Shown here piece by piece: positions 51,332-64,000 of a stretch of DNA of 64,000 bases (within the stretch, counting starts at the first letter, position 1; the number at the start of each line of letters is the position of its first letter). The position numbers were made by a program, and so were the translations under genes. The stretch covers positions 224,001 to 288,000 of the forward strand of contig CAVVYZ010000002.1 of assembly GCA_963752595.1 (NCBI GenBank), given 5' to 3'. This DNA is from an uncultured delta proteobacterium. GTDB taxonomy: Bacteria; Desulfobacterota; Desulfomonilia; UBA1062. The notes below the pieces were generated by a model that ran no database searches, was not told where the DNA came from, and saw only the letters and a program-made list of their open reading frames with translations.

Positions 51332-51517
51332 GTGAACACCTCTTTGCATATTAATTTTCAATGGTTCCCTACCTTACAGGATTCTTCGGTGAATTCTCAA
51401 GTACCTTTCTGCATGAATTCTCGTGAAGGAACCATTCTCTTCAAGAGCCTCAGTACAAACGCATCAATAGCCTTTCTTCTTCACCCGGCTAGGGTATGAG
51501 GAGAAATGTACTATGGC

Positions 51518-52525
51518 TTAAGGCGGAGTACCCATGGCTTCGAACCCTGCAGCTGCAGCGCCGATCAGGCCTGCCCTCGGGTTGAGGATCACATGGACAG
51601 GCATGGGATGAAGGACCTTGGAAAGACGTCCCTTGCGGAGGAAGGATTCCATGAAACGGCCCTTTTTCAGGGTATGGAGGATCCTTGGAGGGATGCCTCC
51701 GCCTATGTATACCCCGCCTGTCGCAAGGATTTTCAGGGCCAGGTTTCCGGCTTCGGCCCCAAGTATGGAGACGAACATCTCGAGGGTCCCTTTGCAGATG
51801 TCGCAGGATGCATTCGCATCCAGGGCGTTATTGATGATGAGAGCTGTCGGGTCTTTCCCTGCCGAGAGCTCGTCCGAAAACCATTCGGGCTCCGGGTAGT
51901 ATTTCTTATCCTTCAGGAAGGCATAGAGATTCGGGATGCCCGAGCCCGAGCATACCAGCTCATAGCTGACGTGATCGAATCTATTCAGGAGATACTTCAG
52001 CAGCTCGATTTCTTTTTCATCGGAGGGACCGAACTCCGTATGGCCGCCTTCGGATGCATGGGGAACGTAGTGCGAACCGTCCCAGGTGAGATATGTCTCT
52101 CCCAATCCGGTGCCGGGGGCAATGACCGCCTTCGGCCCCGTTTGAGCAGGGGTTCCTTCATTGAGCATGGAGAGGTCTGATTCGTCGAGGAGAGGGATGC
52201 CGTATCCCATTGCCTCCAGGTCGTTCAGGAGGTGCACATAGGTGAATTCCAGCATGGACGCAAGCCGTGATTCCTCGATCACCCACGGAAGGTTCGTTAT
52301 GGCCGCCTTTCCCTCCACGACAGGGCCTGCCAGACCGAACACGGCATATGCTGTCTTCTTGATGCCGTACTCGTTAAAGAACGTATGGATCACGTCTTCA
52401 AGGGTACTATAGGCACCGCTTGCATAAGTAGCTTCGGCAACGGGCTCCTTCAGGCTGCCTTCAGACCTGAAGAGAGCAAGCGTGGTCTTGGTTCCCCCGA
52501 TATCACCTGCGATCAGTTCCATCAC
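51518..52525 (-). CDS. glk: Glucokinase
   Basis: GDIGGTKT, TNLPW, LNDLEA, APGTGLG, SEGGH, GGGIPP. Confidence 0.95.
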   Translation of the reverse strand: MMELIAGDIGGTKTTLALFRSEGSLKEPVAEATYASGAYSTLEDVIHTFFNEYGIKKTAYAVFGLAGPVVEGKAAITNLPWVIEESRLASMLEFTYVHLLNDLEAMGYGIPLLDESDLSMLNEGTPAQTGPKAVIAPGTGLGETYLTWDGSHYVPHASEGGHTEFGPSDEKEIELLKYLLNRFDHVSYELVCSGSGIPNLYAFLKDKKYYPEPEWFSDELSAGKDPTALIINNALDANASCDICKGTLEMFVSILGAEAGNLALKILATGGVYIGGGIPPRILHTLKKGRFMESFLRKGRLSKVLHPMPVHVILNPRAGLIGAAAAGFEAMGTPP

Positions 52526-52819
52526 TCACCTCAATTTCGATTCTACATATATTATTCGCAATAACGGTATATTTACAAGCATAAGAACTCATCGGCCGGA
52601 GCATATAATTTTCCGAAGAGAAAATGAAAAGGTTTTCTCATTTCGGGAAAAAAACTCCACAATGTGAAGAATAATGAGCTTTCATTCTGCTGCTGACGAT
52701 GATAAGTTCTTTATATATAAATAGATTTTATGTTGTATGATATTTGCATAGAAAGAAGCCTTATCCATTTGTAATGGGCCGTTAGGCCGGCTATCCCATG
52801 AGGGGGTTTACTGAACAGT

Positions 52820-55646
52820 ATGAAGAGTAGATGGAGAAAGAGATATTTTAAAAAAAGGTTCCTTTCCGAAAATGGCCGACGCCGTTTTGCGGTCATTATT
52901 GCGTCCATTGCCCTGATTCTGTCTGCCGTTTCCTGTTCGGAGACTCCTCAACCGCAAACCGGAACCCTGCCCATTCAACAGGCCGGGAAATCAGTCCCCC
53001 TTGAAGCAGGGATCCTATCACCCACCGGCCGGGTAATGATATACAATGGCCGCTCCGTCCATTTCAAAGGGATGGTCGGCGGAGGCAAGAAACCGTATGC
53101 AACCCGCTGGGATTTCGGCGGAACAGCTGAATCCGTGCTTGCAGAGGATGCCGGGCTGATAACGTTCAGTACCCCGGGTATCAATGAGGTCTCCTTCGAG
53201 GTCAGTGATGCACAGGGTGACGAGATAAAGAAATCGGTTATCGTAGAGGTGATCGAGGATACCAAGCCTGTCTGCCGTATTGATTCTCCTTCTCCCGGGA
53301 TCTCGATAAAGGAAGGCGGATCAGTGATTTTCAAGGCATCCGTCACCGGGGGCAACGAGCCGTTGGCGCTCCTGTGGAATTTCGGCAAGGGGATCCCCGC
53401 CTCTGCAGTAAAGGACCCCGGCCCCATTATCTATCCGGTTGCCGGCTCTTATCAGGCGGCATTGACGGTGCGCGATGAGAACGGGGATATCGGTGAAGCT
53501 GTCGTAAAGGTGGAGGTGACGAAGGATATCCCGAAGGCGATGATTACCTCACCCGAGAAAGAACCCGTTGTCTATGAAGGAAAGGCGGTGCGTTTCTCCG
53601 GCTCCTTCTCCGGAGGGAACCAGCCTTTTACGTTCCACTGGGATTTCGGCGGGGCAGGGGTATCCGCTCTAAAAGAACCCGGGGAGGTGATATTCCCGAA
53701 ACCTGGGGTATACAAGGTCATTTTCACGGTACGTGATGCCCAGGGAGATCAGGACTCTGCTTTCACAACCGTGAGAACGGTCGATGATACGAAGCCTCTC
53801 GCAAAGATTCTCACCCCTTCCTCGGACCTTACGGTATTTGAAGGAGCGCCGGTTGATTTCCACGCAAAGGTCACCGGCGGAGATGAGCCGCTTAAAACCT
53901 GGTGGGATTTTCAGCAAGGGGCACCCGCTACCTCTGAGCTTCAGCCCCGGCAGATAAAATTCGCCAAAGCGGGCATGTATCGCGCAACCTTCCATGCTGC
54001 AGATTCCACAGGAGATGCGAGCGAGGATTCCGTAAGGATCACGGTCGTCAGGAATACCGTTCCCAAGGCCGCCATCCTCGATCCCCCTTCCAATGTGGTT
54101 ATCACCGAGAAAGGCAAGGTTTTTTTCAGAGGCTCCGTGAGCGAAGGGAATGAGCCGTTCACTTACAGCTGGCAGTTCGGTGCAACCGCTAAGGAATGGA
54201 GAGGCAAGGACCCGGGCGAGATTTCCTTTGATGCCATAGGCGACTACCGGATCCGCTTCACGGTGCAGGACGCCGATGGAGACACGGACAGTGCAACCAT
54301 GCTTGTGAGCGTGGTGAAGGATGCCAAGCCTGCAGCGAGCATAGACCTGCCGCTCCAGGACAAAGAGATATTCGAAAGCGAGTCGCTTAAATTCCAGGGC
54401 TCTGTCAAGGACGGCAATCTCCCGATCAGGTTCAAATGGGATTTCCACGGCGGAGCAAAGAATTCCGACAAAGAGGACCCGGGAGAGGTGGAATTCAAGA
54501 AGGCGGGGGTTTACGCTGTTACCTTTACGGTGAAGGATAAAGACGGGGATACGGATACCGTCACAAGGACCATAACCGTTCAGAAATCAACCTGGACGTA
54601 CGCCTCGGGAGGCTGGTCCAATTCGGCAGCCATAAGGACGGACGGGACGCTCTGGGCGTGGGGCCTGAACTCGTACGGCCAGCTGGGAAGCGGCCTTGCC
54701 CGCAGTTCGAGTTATCCTGTCCCGATCGGGGACAACAGGGACTGGGCAAAGATCGTAGTCGGAGGCGGATATACCCTTGCCCTCAAGACGGACAGGACGC
54801 TGTGGGCATGGGGTGCAAACGGGAAAGGCCAGTTGGGAAACGGAAGCTTGAGGCATGCGCTGTCCCCGGTCCTGATTGCGGCCACGAGCAGGTGGAAGGA
54901 AATCACTGCAGGGACATCGCATTCCGTGGCAATCAGGGAAGACGGCAGCCTGTGGGCCTGGGGAAGAAATGTTGAAGGGCAGCTGGGAGACGGGATCAGA
55001 ACTTCCAGCGCCGTCCCGGTACGGGTGGGAAACGATTCCGACTGGAAACTCGCTCGCAGCAGGGGAATCTCACACCCTGGCCGTCAAGGAAGACGGCAGC
55101 CTGTGGGCCTGGGGCTCGAATGAGCTCGGCCAGCTCGGAGACGGTTCCCGGGCCGACAGCCCGATACCGAAAAACATCGCACCCGGTGACAGATGGTCTG
55201 CAATTGCTGCCGGGAAACTGCACAGCATTGCAATTCGAAGCGACGGCAGCCTGTGGGCCTGGGGTGCGAATATGTACGGCCAGCTCGGGGACGGCACCAA
55301 GGTCTTCAAGCTTTCGCCGGTCCGGGTGGGCAAGGATACGGAATGGAAGATCATCACTGCAGGCGAATATCACAATGTTGCACTCAAGAAGGATTCAACT
55401 CTCTGGACCTGGGGATGGAATGCCTTCGGCCAGCTGGGGCTGGGGAACACAAAAGACTGTTCCAGGCCGGTGAAGGTCTGTCCGGATTCCGACTGGCAGT
55501 GCGTGGATGCAGGAGACCATCACAGCCTTGCAGTGAAAAGGAACGGAAGCCTCTGGACATGGGGGTATAACGGCTACAGCCAGCTCGGCAATAACGGGTC
55601 GGAGGACTTGACCGCCCCGGTTTTCATAAGGCCCGGACGAAAGTAA
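52820..55646 (+). CDS. Lipoprotein with 6 PKD-like domains and a 7-blade RCC1/BLIP-II-like propeller (frameshift ~55055)
   Basis: Lipobox-like LSAVSC; six W[DNQ]F[GQH] modules; seven DG[ST]LW[AT]WG.N..GQLG-type repeats over two frames. Confidence 0.88.
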
Positions 55647-55757
55647 CCTTTGGGTTTCTCATTGAAGCGTCTCTGGGCCGTGCTCGGCATGCAAGATGCC
55701 GGTCTTTCGCGGCCGAAAGACGCTTCCGATAACCCCAAAGGGTCAGCAGCCTATAGG

Positions 55758-56608
<851 letters not shown>

Positions 56609-56640
56609 ATAGAGCTCCTTTTCGTAAGTAAATGAACTGC

Positions 56641-57829
56641 TTATATCTTATCCCGCCTGACCACGAGAGCCACTGCTTCGCCGCCGCCGAGGCACAGGGA
56701 TGCCAGCCCGATCTTCTTGTCTGTCCTGATCAGCTGGTAGAGCAGGGTGGTAAGAACCCTCGCGCCGCTTGCTCCGATGGGATGGCCTATGGCGATGCTC
56801 CCGCCGTTTACGTTGACCTTCTCCGGATCGAGTCCGAGTTCCTTGATGACCGAGACAGTGGAACCTGCAAAGGCCTCGTTGATCTCGAAGAAATCCACGT
56901 CCCCGATCCCGATGCCTTCTTTCTTCAAGACCTTGGGGATCGCCAGGATCGGCGCAACGAGGACGTATTTCATGTCCAGGCCTGCGCTCGCCTGGGCGCC
57001 CACGGTCGCCAGGATCGGGCAGCCGAGAGCTCACGTGCTTTCTCTCTGGACATGAGCGTCACTGCTGATGCGCCGTCCGCAATGACGGATGCATTCGCCG
57101 GCTGTGGTGCTGCCGCCTTTCTTGAAGGCCGGTGCCAGCTTGGAGAGGATTTCAAAGCTCGTTTCCCTTGGGTTTTCATCGACAGCGAAGATCTTGGGGT
57201 CGCCTTTTCGCTGAGGCACCTGTGACCGGTACGATCTCATCCTTGAACAACCCTTCCCTGATGGAGCGCAATGCCCGTTCGTAGCTCATCAGGGCGTATC
57301 TGTCCTGGTCTTCCCTGCTGACGCCGTACTTCTCGACACACAGCTCGTTGGACATACCCATATGGAAATCATTGACGATATCCCACAGGCCGTCATGCAC
57401 CATATGATCCTGGATCGAGCCGGGGCCCATGCGATAGCCGAACCGGGCTTTATCAAGATAATACGGTGCAGCGCTCATGTTTTCCATGCCGCCGGCCACG
57501 ATTACATCCGCATCACCTGTCTGGATGGCCTGGGCAGCGAGCATGACTGATTTCAGGGCGGAGCCGCATACCTTGTTTACGGTGAAGCACTCCACTTCCC
57601 AAGGCAGTCCGGCCAGGACAGCTGCCTGTTTGGCAGGGTTCTGGCCCCGTCCGCAGGGCAGGACCATGCCCATGATGACCTCATCGACGACTTCTTTTTT
57701 GATGCCCGAGCGAAGGATTGCCTCTTCTATGGCAATTGCCCCGAGTTTGTTCCCATCGATACTTGCAAGGCTGCCGTTGAAGCCCCCGATCGGGGTCCGT
57801 ACGGCGCTGGTGATTACGACTTCCCTCAT
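56641..57829 (-). CDS. thl: Acetyl-CoA acetyltransferase (thiolase; frameshifted)
   Basis: [39 protein letters not shown]. Confidence 0.93.
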
Positions 57830-58016
57830 TGTTTCCTCCTTATTCCATCACTGGATTGCTTTTGCTGCATGGTCTTTTCAAGATTAAAACGATGCAGGAA
57901 GCATCCGAGTCTGCGACATTTGTTGGTAAATCATACAGCCGGAAAAATCAAGATGAAAGGCTCTTGTCTTTTCCTTCAATAGATTGCATATGGAAAATAC
58001 TAAAGGGGAGGACTCT

Positions 58017-58313
58017 ATGGCATCCGACATAAAGGATATCACCATTCAGTATGAAGAAGACGATGTAGTCCTGGTCAAGGAACTGGAAAAGGAGGTCCTT
58101 TCCAAAGGGGCGTGGACAACGATAATCTTCCGGTATCGGCAGTGGGACGCGAAGACTGAGGCGTATGGGCCTGACCGCTACTCCATCCGCAGGTACCGCA
58201 AGGTCAATAATGAATACAAACAGCAGTCGAAGTTCACCATCTCGAGTGTTCAGCAGGCTCAGAAGATCATCGAGACACTCCAGAAGTGGGTCGGGTCAGT
58301 GGAAAGCGACTAG
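58017..58313 (+). CDS. Small hypothetical protein
   Basis: Clean ORF with SD GGAGG; KELEKEVLSKGAWTTIIFRY..YSIRRYRK. Confidence 0.7.
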   Translation: MASDIKDITIQYEEDDVVLVKELEKEVLSKGAWTTIIFRYRQWDAKTEAYGPDRYSIRRYRKVNNEYKQQSKFTISSVQQAQKIIETLQKWVGSVESD

Positions 58314-58389
58314 ATTGCGGGGTTCACCCAGCGCCTCTCCTTCTCCCCGGAAGCAAGGCAGAGGGGGCGCGGGAATTTCCCATCAGGAT

Positions 58390-59376
58390 CTATTGTTGAA
58401 GATACCCCGGAATTCGCTCCGGGCAGTAGGGCTTGAGTGCTCTGCTCGCCTTGACGTTCCCTTTGTCGTCTACGGCGATCCAATCGATCCCTTTCTTTTC
58501 GAGAACAGGGCCGAGCACATCCGGTCCTTTGATGAACAGGGCGGTCGCCCAGGCATCGGCCAGAACGCAGCTTTCTGCGACGACCGTTGCGCTGATCCAT
58601 CCCCGTGCAGGCATGCCGCTCGCCGCGTCCAGGATGTGGCAGTACCGCTTCGAGTCCCGGATGAAAAACCTTTCATAATCCCCTGAAGTGGCAATGGCCT
58701 TGTTCTGCAGCGGGATCACGGCAAAGACCCCTTCGGATCTCGGGTTTTTGATGCCGACCTTCCACGTCCGTCCGCCGAAGACCATGATGTCGCCGCCGGC
58801 GTTGACGAGTCCGGTGTCTATGCCTGATGCCTTCATCACCTTACATGCTCTGTCTGCCGCATACCCCTTGGTGATGCCGCCGAGGTCGATCATCGTACTT
58901 TCGGGTACCTCGATGGTCAGGCCGTCATCGAGCAGGCGGATCTTTTCATCCGAGGGAGATCTCTTCCATGCATCGAATTCGGCAGGCGCGGGCAGCCGGT
59001 AGGGATGGAGCCCGGTGAATCCCCATGCATCGAGCATGGGCCTCAAGGTTATGGAAAACGCTCCGGAGGAGGCATCGTGGATATCCCGGGAGAGCCTGAT
59101 GAGGGCAGAGGCCTCCCTGTCTTTGAGGGTGCGGTCTCTGTTGAGCCCATCGACAAGGGAGTTCTGGTACCCGAGGCGTGCATCGATGCGCCTGAGCTCG
59201 GTGGCGGCCTTTTTCACCGCGTCGTCGGTCTTGGTTTGCGTGCCCTTGGCCGTGAGCTCGACAAGGGTGTCCATAATGAAGATCCTGGTGGAATGGAGCT
59301 CATTTGACCTGCTGTGCCAGAGCGAAATCGCAAGGCCTGCGAGGAGAAGAACGATGATTGGGACTGTTTTTTTCAA
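58390..59376 (-). CDS. apbE: FAD:protein FMN transferase
   Basis: MDT, IDLGGITKGYAAD, NAGGD, ATSGDYER, HILD, ADAWATA. Confidence 0.93.
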   Translation of the reverse strand: MKKTVPIIVLLLAGLAISLWHSRSNELHSTRIFIMDTLVELTAKGTQTKTDDAVKKAATELRRIDARLGYQNSLVDGLNRDRTLKDREASALIRLSRDIHDASSGAFSITLRPMLDAWGFTGLHPYRLPAPAEFDAWKRSPSDEKIRLLDDGLTIEVPESTMIDLGGITKGYAADRACKVMKASGIDTGLVNAGGDIMVFGGRTWKVGIKNPRSEGVFAVIPLQNKAIATSGDYERFFIRDSKRYCHILDAASGMPARGWISATVVAESCVLADAWATALFIKGPDVLGPVLEKKGIDWIAVDDKGNVKASRALKPYCPERIPGYLQQ

Positions 59377-59379
59377 TGG

Positions 59380-59408
59380 AAAAACGAAGGGGCGGCCGTG
59401 GCCGCCCC
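59380..59408 (-). terminator. Intrinsic terminator after eno
   Basis: Minus strand GGGGCGGCC-AC-GGCCGCCCC-TTCGTTTTT. Confidence 0.7.
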
Positions 59409-59416
59409 GGTATATG

Positions 59417-60708
59417 CTATTTCTTTATGCTGTACAATACGTTCCGGCCTCTGAACACCGCGCTTGTACCGAGCTCTTCCTCGATCCGCATGAGCTGGTT
59501 GTATTTTCCCAGACGCTCGCCGCGTGAAGTGGACCCGGTCTTGATCTGGCCGGTGTTGCAGGCTACTGCCACATCGGCGAGCCATGCATCGTCCGTCTCG
59601 CCGGAACGGTGGGAAAAGACAGCGGTAAAGCCTGCGCGGCGCGCCATCTCGATGTGTCTGGACGGTCTCGGTCAGGGTGCCGATCTGGTTTACCTTGATG
59701 AGTACGGAGTTCGATGCCTGCTCTTTGATCCCCCTCTTCGAGGAACTTCGTATTGGTTACGTAGAGATCGTCGCCCACGATCTGGATCTTGTTGCCCAGC
59801 TTCTTCATCATGAGCTGCCAGCCGGCCCAGTCGTTCTCGTCGAGCCCGTCTTCGATGGATACGATGGGGAAGCGTTTGAGCAGACCTTCGTAGAAATCGA
59901 TCATCTCTGCAGTGGTCCGTTCGGGATCCTTTTCGGAGGCGAGGATATACTTGCCGTCCTTGAAGAACGAGCTCGCCGCCGAGTCGATGGCGATGGCGAT
60001 GTCTTCTCCGGGCTTGTATCCGGCCTTCTCGATGGCCTGGACGATGAGCTCGAACGGCTCGACATTGGATTTGAGGTTCGGTGCGAATCCGCCCTCATCG
60101 CCTACGCCCGTTGCATAGCCTTTCTTGATGAGGATTTCCCGCAGGGAATGGAAGGTCTCTGCGGCGTAGCGCAGCGACTCACGGAAATCAGGGGCGCCCA
60201 GCGGCATGATCATGAATTCCTGGAGGTCGACGTTATTGTCGGCGTGCTTCCCGCCGTTTATGACGTTGAGCATCGGGACCGGGATCTCCCGGGCAAAGGT
60301 CCCGCCGATATAGCGGTACAGGGGCATTCCCATAAAGATGGAAGCTGCGCGAGCAACGGCCATGGACACGCCCGTGGTGGCATTCGCCCCGAGATTGGAC
60401 TTGGTCTCTGTGCCGTCGATCTCCAGCATCATACCGTCGATCCCCACCTGGTCGAGGGCATCCATTCCCACCAGTACCGGCGCGATCTTGGTATTTACAT
60501 TATCGACAGCCTTGAGTACGCCCTTTCCCTTATACCGCTTGGGATCGCCGTCCCTCAGTTCGATGGCTTCGTGCTCACCGGTCGAGGCTCCCGAGGGTAC
60601 GGATGCCCTTCCCATATCGCCGGTGGAGAGGTAAATGTCGACTTCTACTGTCGGGTTTCCCCGTGAATCCAGAATCTCCCTTGCAATGATATCAAGAATC
60701 TCACTCAT
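59417..60708 (-). CDS. eno: Enolase (frameshifts near the 3' end)
   Basis: [48 protein letters not shown]. Confidence 0.97.
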
Positions 60709-60751
60709 CTAGCACCTTCCTCCTTCATCGTTTCTTTTCTGTTTTTGATGG

Positions 60752-61378
60752 TTATAGCCCTATTACGACACATGGAATGCCGCGGCTACCGAATATATTG
60801 GCAAGCTCTTGCGCGGGCTCCAGAGAGCCGAATGAACCGATTCTTACCCGGTAGAAGTACCTGCCATGGGCGGAAGCACCTTCGACGCTCGGATTATGTC
60901 CTAACCTCTGGAGCTTTTCCGCCAATGTCACGGCATTTTGCCTTTCTGTAAATGCTCCGAATTGCACGGTGTATCGCTCAGTAAATGCGCGGGGAGTTTG
61001 TACCACTTCGATGCGTACCTTGGCAAGACCTTCTTTCACCAATCCCAGTTGGTCGGCTGCCCCATACGAGAGGTCGATGATGCGGTCCCCCACGAAAGGT
61101 CCCCTGTCATTGATAGGAATAACGATCCGGCGGCCGTTTTCAAGATTAGTCACGCGTACCCGGCTCCCGAGGGGCAGGGTCCTGTGGGCTGCGCTCAGGC
61201 CGTACATGTTGTAAGGTTCACCCGTGGCAGTGGGTTTCCCATGAAAGTCCTGCCCGTACCATGAGGCAGTCCCTGTCTGCTCCCAGGCACCCTCACGGGG
61301 CCGCAGATGGGAACATCCTCCGGCAATGAGGAGAGAAGCCATCAGAATACACGCGAAAAGATGAAGGTAAGATCCCAT
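60752..61378 (-). CDS. rlpA: Septal ring lytic transglycosylase RlpA with SPOR domain
   Basis: GTASWYG..FHGKPTATGE, AAHRTLP, INDRGPF, IIDLS; SPOR VQFGAF. Confidence 0.93.
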   Translation of the reverse strand: MGSYLHLFACILMASLLIAGGCSHLRPREGAWEQTGTASWYGQDFHGKPTATGEPYNMYGLSAAHRTLPLGSRVRVTNLENGRRIVIPINDRGPFVGDRIIDLSYGAADQLGLVKEGLAKVRIEVVQTPRAFTERYTVQFGAFTERQNAVTLAEKLQRLGHNPSVEGASAHGRYFYRVRIGSFGSLEPAQELANIFGSRGIPCVVIGL

Positions 61379-61453
61379 GCCCCTCTCCCCCGTAAATACG
61401 CATCAAATCCTTATGTCATTAGGAAAACGTGTACGCGGCCCGGTTACAGGAGC

Positions 61454-63934
61454 CTAGTCCTCAAGGAATGCCTCAAGGTCCCTGATGAGATTCTGAAGCG
61501 CCTTCTCGTCGACCAGCTTGTTCCTGTCGTCGATCAGCTTCTTTGCCCGGAAGGTATCGAGCGCGCCTTTGTAAACCGGCAGGCACAGAGCTTCATACCG
61601 GTGTATCTCACCTTTTTTATAGATCCGTGAAGCATACCTGTTGATTGCTTTCAGAGGGTCTTTCTTTCCGAGGTCTTTGGTTTTCAGGACAAACTTTGCC
61701 ACGCACAGGTACGACTCGATGTAATTTTCAAGGAGCCCGTCGAACATGAGTGCGACATTTTTCTTCTCCGGATTGATCGTGTAGACTGATTTTTTCTGGA
61801 GGATAATTTCCTTTTCTGTCATGAACCGGATAGCCTTCTTGAAACTCTCCATATCCAGGATGAATTCGCTTTCAAGCAGGTCTGCAAGGCTCTTCACCTG
61901 CCCATTGAAGCTCTTTTCGTCAAGGCCGTCCGGGTATTTGATGATGACGCTGCATATGAGCGATGCGGGCACAAAGAAGTTGAGGATGGTATTCTTGTAA
62001 TATTCAAGATGTATCCTTTTTTCGCCCACGGTGTTCAGGAGAGATGCGTCATTTTCGCTGTCCGGCTCGTCGATGGAGACGAGGTGTTTTGTCTTGAGCA
62101 GGGAATACGCCTCGTCAAAGGCCTTCTGCTCGTCAGCGAGCGAGGAGGCCATATCGCACCCGAGGTACGAGAGGTAATCCCGGAAGATATGAAACCCTTC
62201 CCGGAGCACATGCTCTTCGATAGCCGAATCAAAGCTCGTGAGCACGCAGGAGAGGATCGAGAACGGGGTGGCAACGGTCTGCTGGTAAATGGAGGAGATG
62301 ATCTCCTGGGCGACCGTATCATAGAGCTCTTCCTTCTGGTCGCTGTCCATGCTGGAATACAATGACTTTCCCTTCATGAAGTCATTCATGGAGATGGGCC
62401 TGGCAAAACGCACATAAACCTTGCCGTAGCGGTTTTTCAGAACATTGCCTGCCTTGATGAGCTGCCACAGGCTTTCCTTCTCCTTTGGAGCACCTTTCAT
62501 TTCTTGGATGTAGGAGCTTTCCTCCACGACGGTATCATACCCCACATAGACCGGGACAAAGATGACATCGCGGGTCACTCCCGATTCCCACCCCTGAATA
62601 ATCATGGACAGCAGGCCCTTTTTCGGAAGCATCAGCTTGCCTGACCTGCTCCGTGTCCCCTCTATGAAGAATTCCAGGGGGATCCTTTCCTGGAGAATGG
62701 TCCTTACATAGGCCGCAAAGGTATGGGCATAGAGAGGGTTGTCCTTGAATGAACGCTTCATGAAAAAAGCACCACCCTTCCTGAAAATCGTACCCAGAGG
62801 GAAGAACGAGAGATTGATTCCGGCGGCAATCACCGGGACGCTCATCCAGTTCTGGAAGAGGGTATAGGAAAGGATAAGGTAATCGAAATGGCTCTTATGG
62901 CAGGGGACATACACGATGGAGCCGTTGCGTGCCATTTCCTTCACTGCCTGAATGCCCGGTTCGGCCACATCGAGGCCGTCATATATATTATTGAAAACCC
63001 ATGTCAGGGACTTGTTCAGGAAATTGATGGTTGCAGGGCTCAAGTCCGATGCAATCTGGTCAAGGTGTTTGTATGTCGTGCCTTCCAGTTTTTCGAGGCT
63101 CATCCCGGTTTCGGCTGAGTTGGACCTCAAGTATGACTGGAGGAGGGGGTCTCTGATCGTCTTCTTGATGATGAACCCCCTGTCACGGATGGGCGCGCCG
63201 GAGATATTCCTGCCCAGGACGGCGAGCTTCTGCTGCAGATCATTTTTGATATCGGTCGAAATCTCCTCGAAGAATTTCGACCCTCCCACGCATTGCCTGA
63301 TGATCTCTTTGAGGTTAATGGGTTCGCCGTGCTCCAGGAATCCATGCTCCTCGGCCCTGATCAGCGTCATGACCTTGCGTATACCCCTGACGGAGGCCTT
63401 TTCCTCTTTTGTCGCATCTTTGAGTTTCAAGGGCATCCGGTTATAGACGATCCTCTGGGGGAGGAGATAAATGGGCCGGTCCGTATCACGCTGTATCTTC
63501 AGGAGCTCGAGTATGGGGTCAAGCATCCGACCGCCGTTTATGAGATCCAAAGACAGCAGCGATGCACTCTTTTCATCTTCCATGAACTGCCGGTAGAAGT
63601 CGTTTTCAAATGGAGATGACGGACCGGCGATAAGCGCCTTCAGCATGCTTATGGTTCTCCCTACCGGCTGCAGGAGGGTGAATTTCCTGCCGAAGACCAC
63701 CCTTGGAACCGGGAGCCCTTCCCGCGGGAAGCGGTTGTTCATAAGCATGCCGTCGATGGTGCTCTCCATGCTGTGTACGAATACGATATGCCCTTTCTGG
63801 GAAAGGCTCGAGACGGATTCCTTATACAGCTCCGGAATGGTAATCTGGTTGAAAAGCCGTCGAAGGACCGGGCCTAAGAGAAAACCGTAATCGCCCTCGA
63901 AAAGATATGCGTAACCTTTCTTTCTATGACTCAT
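61454..63934 (-). CDS. plsB: Glycerol-3-phosphate acyltransferase PlsB-like
   Basis: PCHKSHFDY, IAAGINL, GAFFMKR, FFIEGTRSRSGK. Confidence 0.88.
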   Translation of the reverse strand: MSHRKKGYAYLFEGDYGFLLGPVLRRLFNQITIPELYKESVSSLSQKGHIVFVHSMESTIDGMLMNNRFPREGLPVPRVVFGRKFTLLQPVGRTISMLKALIAGPSSPFENDFYRQFMEDEKSASLLSLDLINGGRMLDPILELLKIQRDTDRPIYLLPQRIVYNRMPLKLKDATKEEKASVRGIRKVMTLIRAEEHGFLEHGEPINLKEIIRQCVGGSKFFEEISTDIKNDLQQKLAVLGRNISGAPIRDRGFIIKKTIRDPLLQSYLRSNSAETGMSLEKLEGTTYKHLDQIASDLSPATINFLNKSLTWVFNNIYDGLDVAEPGIQAVKEMARNGSIVYVPCHKSHFDYLILSYTLFQNWMSVPVIAAGINLSFFPLGTIFRKGGAFFMKRSFKDNPLYAHTFAAYVRTILQERIPLEFFIEGTRSRSGKLMLPKKGLLSMIIQGWESGVTRDVIFVPVYVGYDTVVEESSYIQEMKGAPKEKESLWQLIKAGNVLKNRYGKVYVRFARPISMNDFMKGKSLYSSMDSDQKEELYDTVAQEIISSIYQQTVATPFSILSCVLTSFDSAIEEHVLREGFHIFRDYLSYLGCDMASSLADEQKAFDEAYSLLKTKHLVSIDEPDSENDASLLNTVGEKRIHLEYYKNTILNFFVPASLICSVIIKYPDGLDEKSFNGQVKSLADLLESEFILDMESFKKAIRFMTEKEIILQKKSVYTINPEKKNVALMFDGLLENYIESYLCVAKFVLKTKDLGKKDPLKAINRYASRIYKKGEIHRYEALCLPVYKGALDTFRAKKLIDDRNKLVDEKALQNLIRDLEAFLED

Positions 63935-64000
63935 AATTTTTCGGGATTATAGACCAAGCATCCGGCCTTGGGAAGATCATTTTCGCGTGAAGCGATTAAC

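Overview
Bacterial genomic DNA; the gene content (Bcd-EtfAB, thiolase, Hbd, DUF362, PAS-GGDEF) suggests an anaerobic Desulfobacterota/syntroph-like organism (inference). Many single-base indels, even in housekeeping genes (htpG, eno, thl, hbd), point to an unpolished long-read assembly. The left ~9 kb is the decaying tail of an integron-type cassette array; no integrase is in the window. Its first attC is hit by three mobile elements. An IS110-family element replaces its left end. An ORF-less group IIC intron sits in the GT|T of its right core site on the cassette (top) strand. An RT-encoding group II intron is nested at the domain V/VI junction of that IIC intron, and its EBS1 loop (CTCTCA) is complementary to this conserved group II sequence. 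The middle is mostly metabolic and envelope genes. At 39.3-46.9 kb a type I R-M operon contains an Abi_2/AbiF-type HEPN gene with its own sigma70 promoter and a structured leader RNA. The right end holds queH, tal-pgi, glk, a PKD/RCC1 lipoprotein, hbd, thiolase, apbE, eno, rlpA and plsB. All family calls are by motif recognition only; no searches were run.
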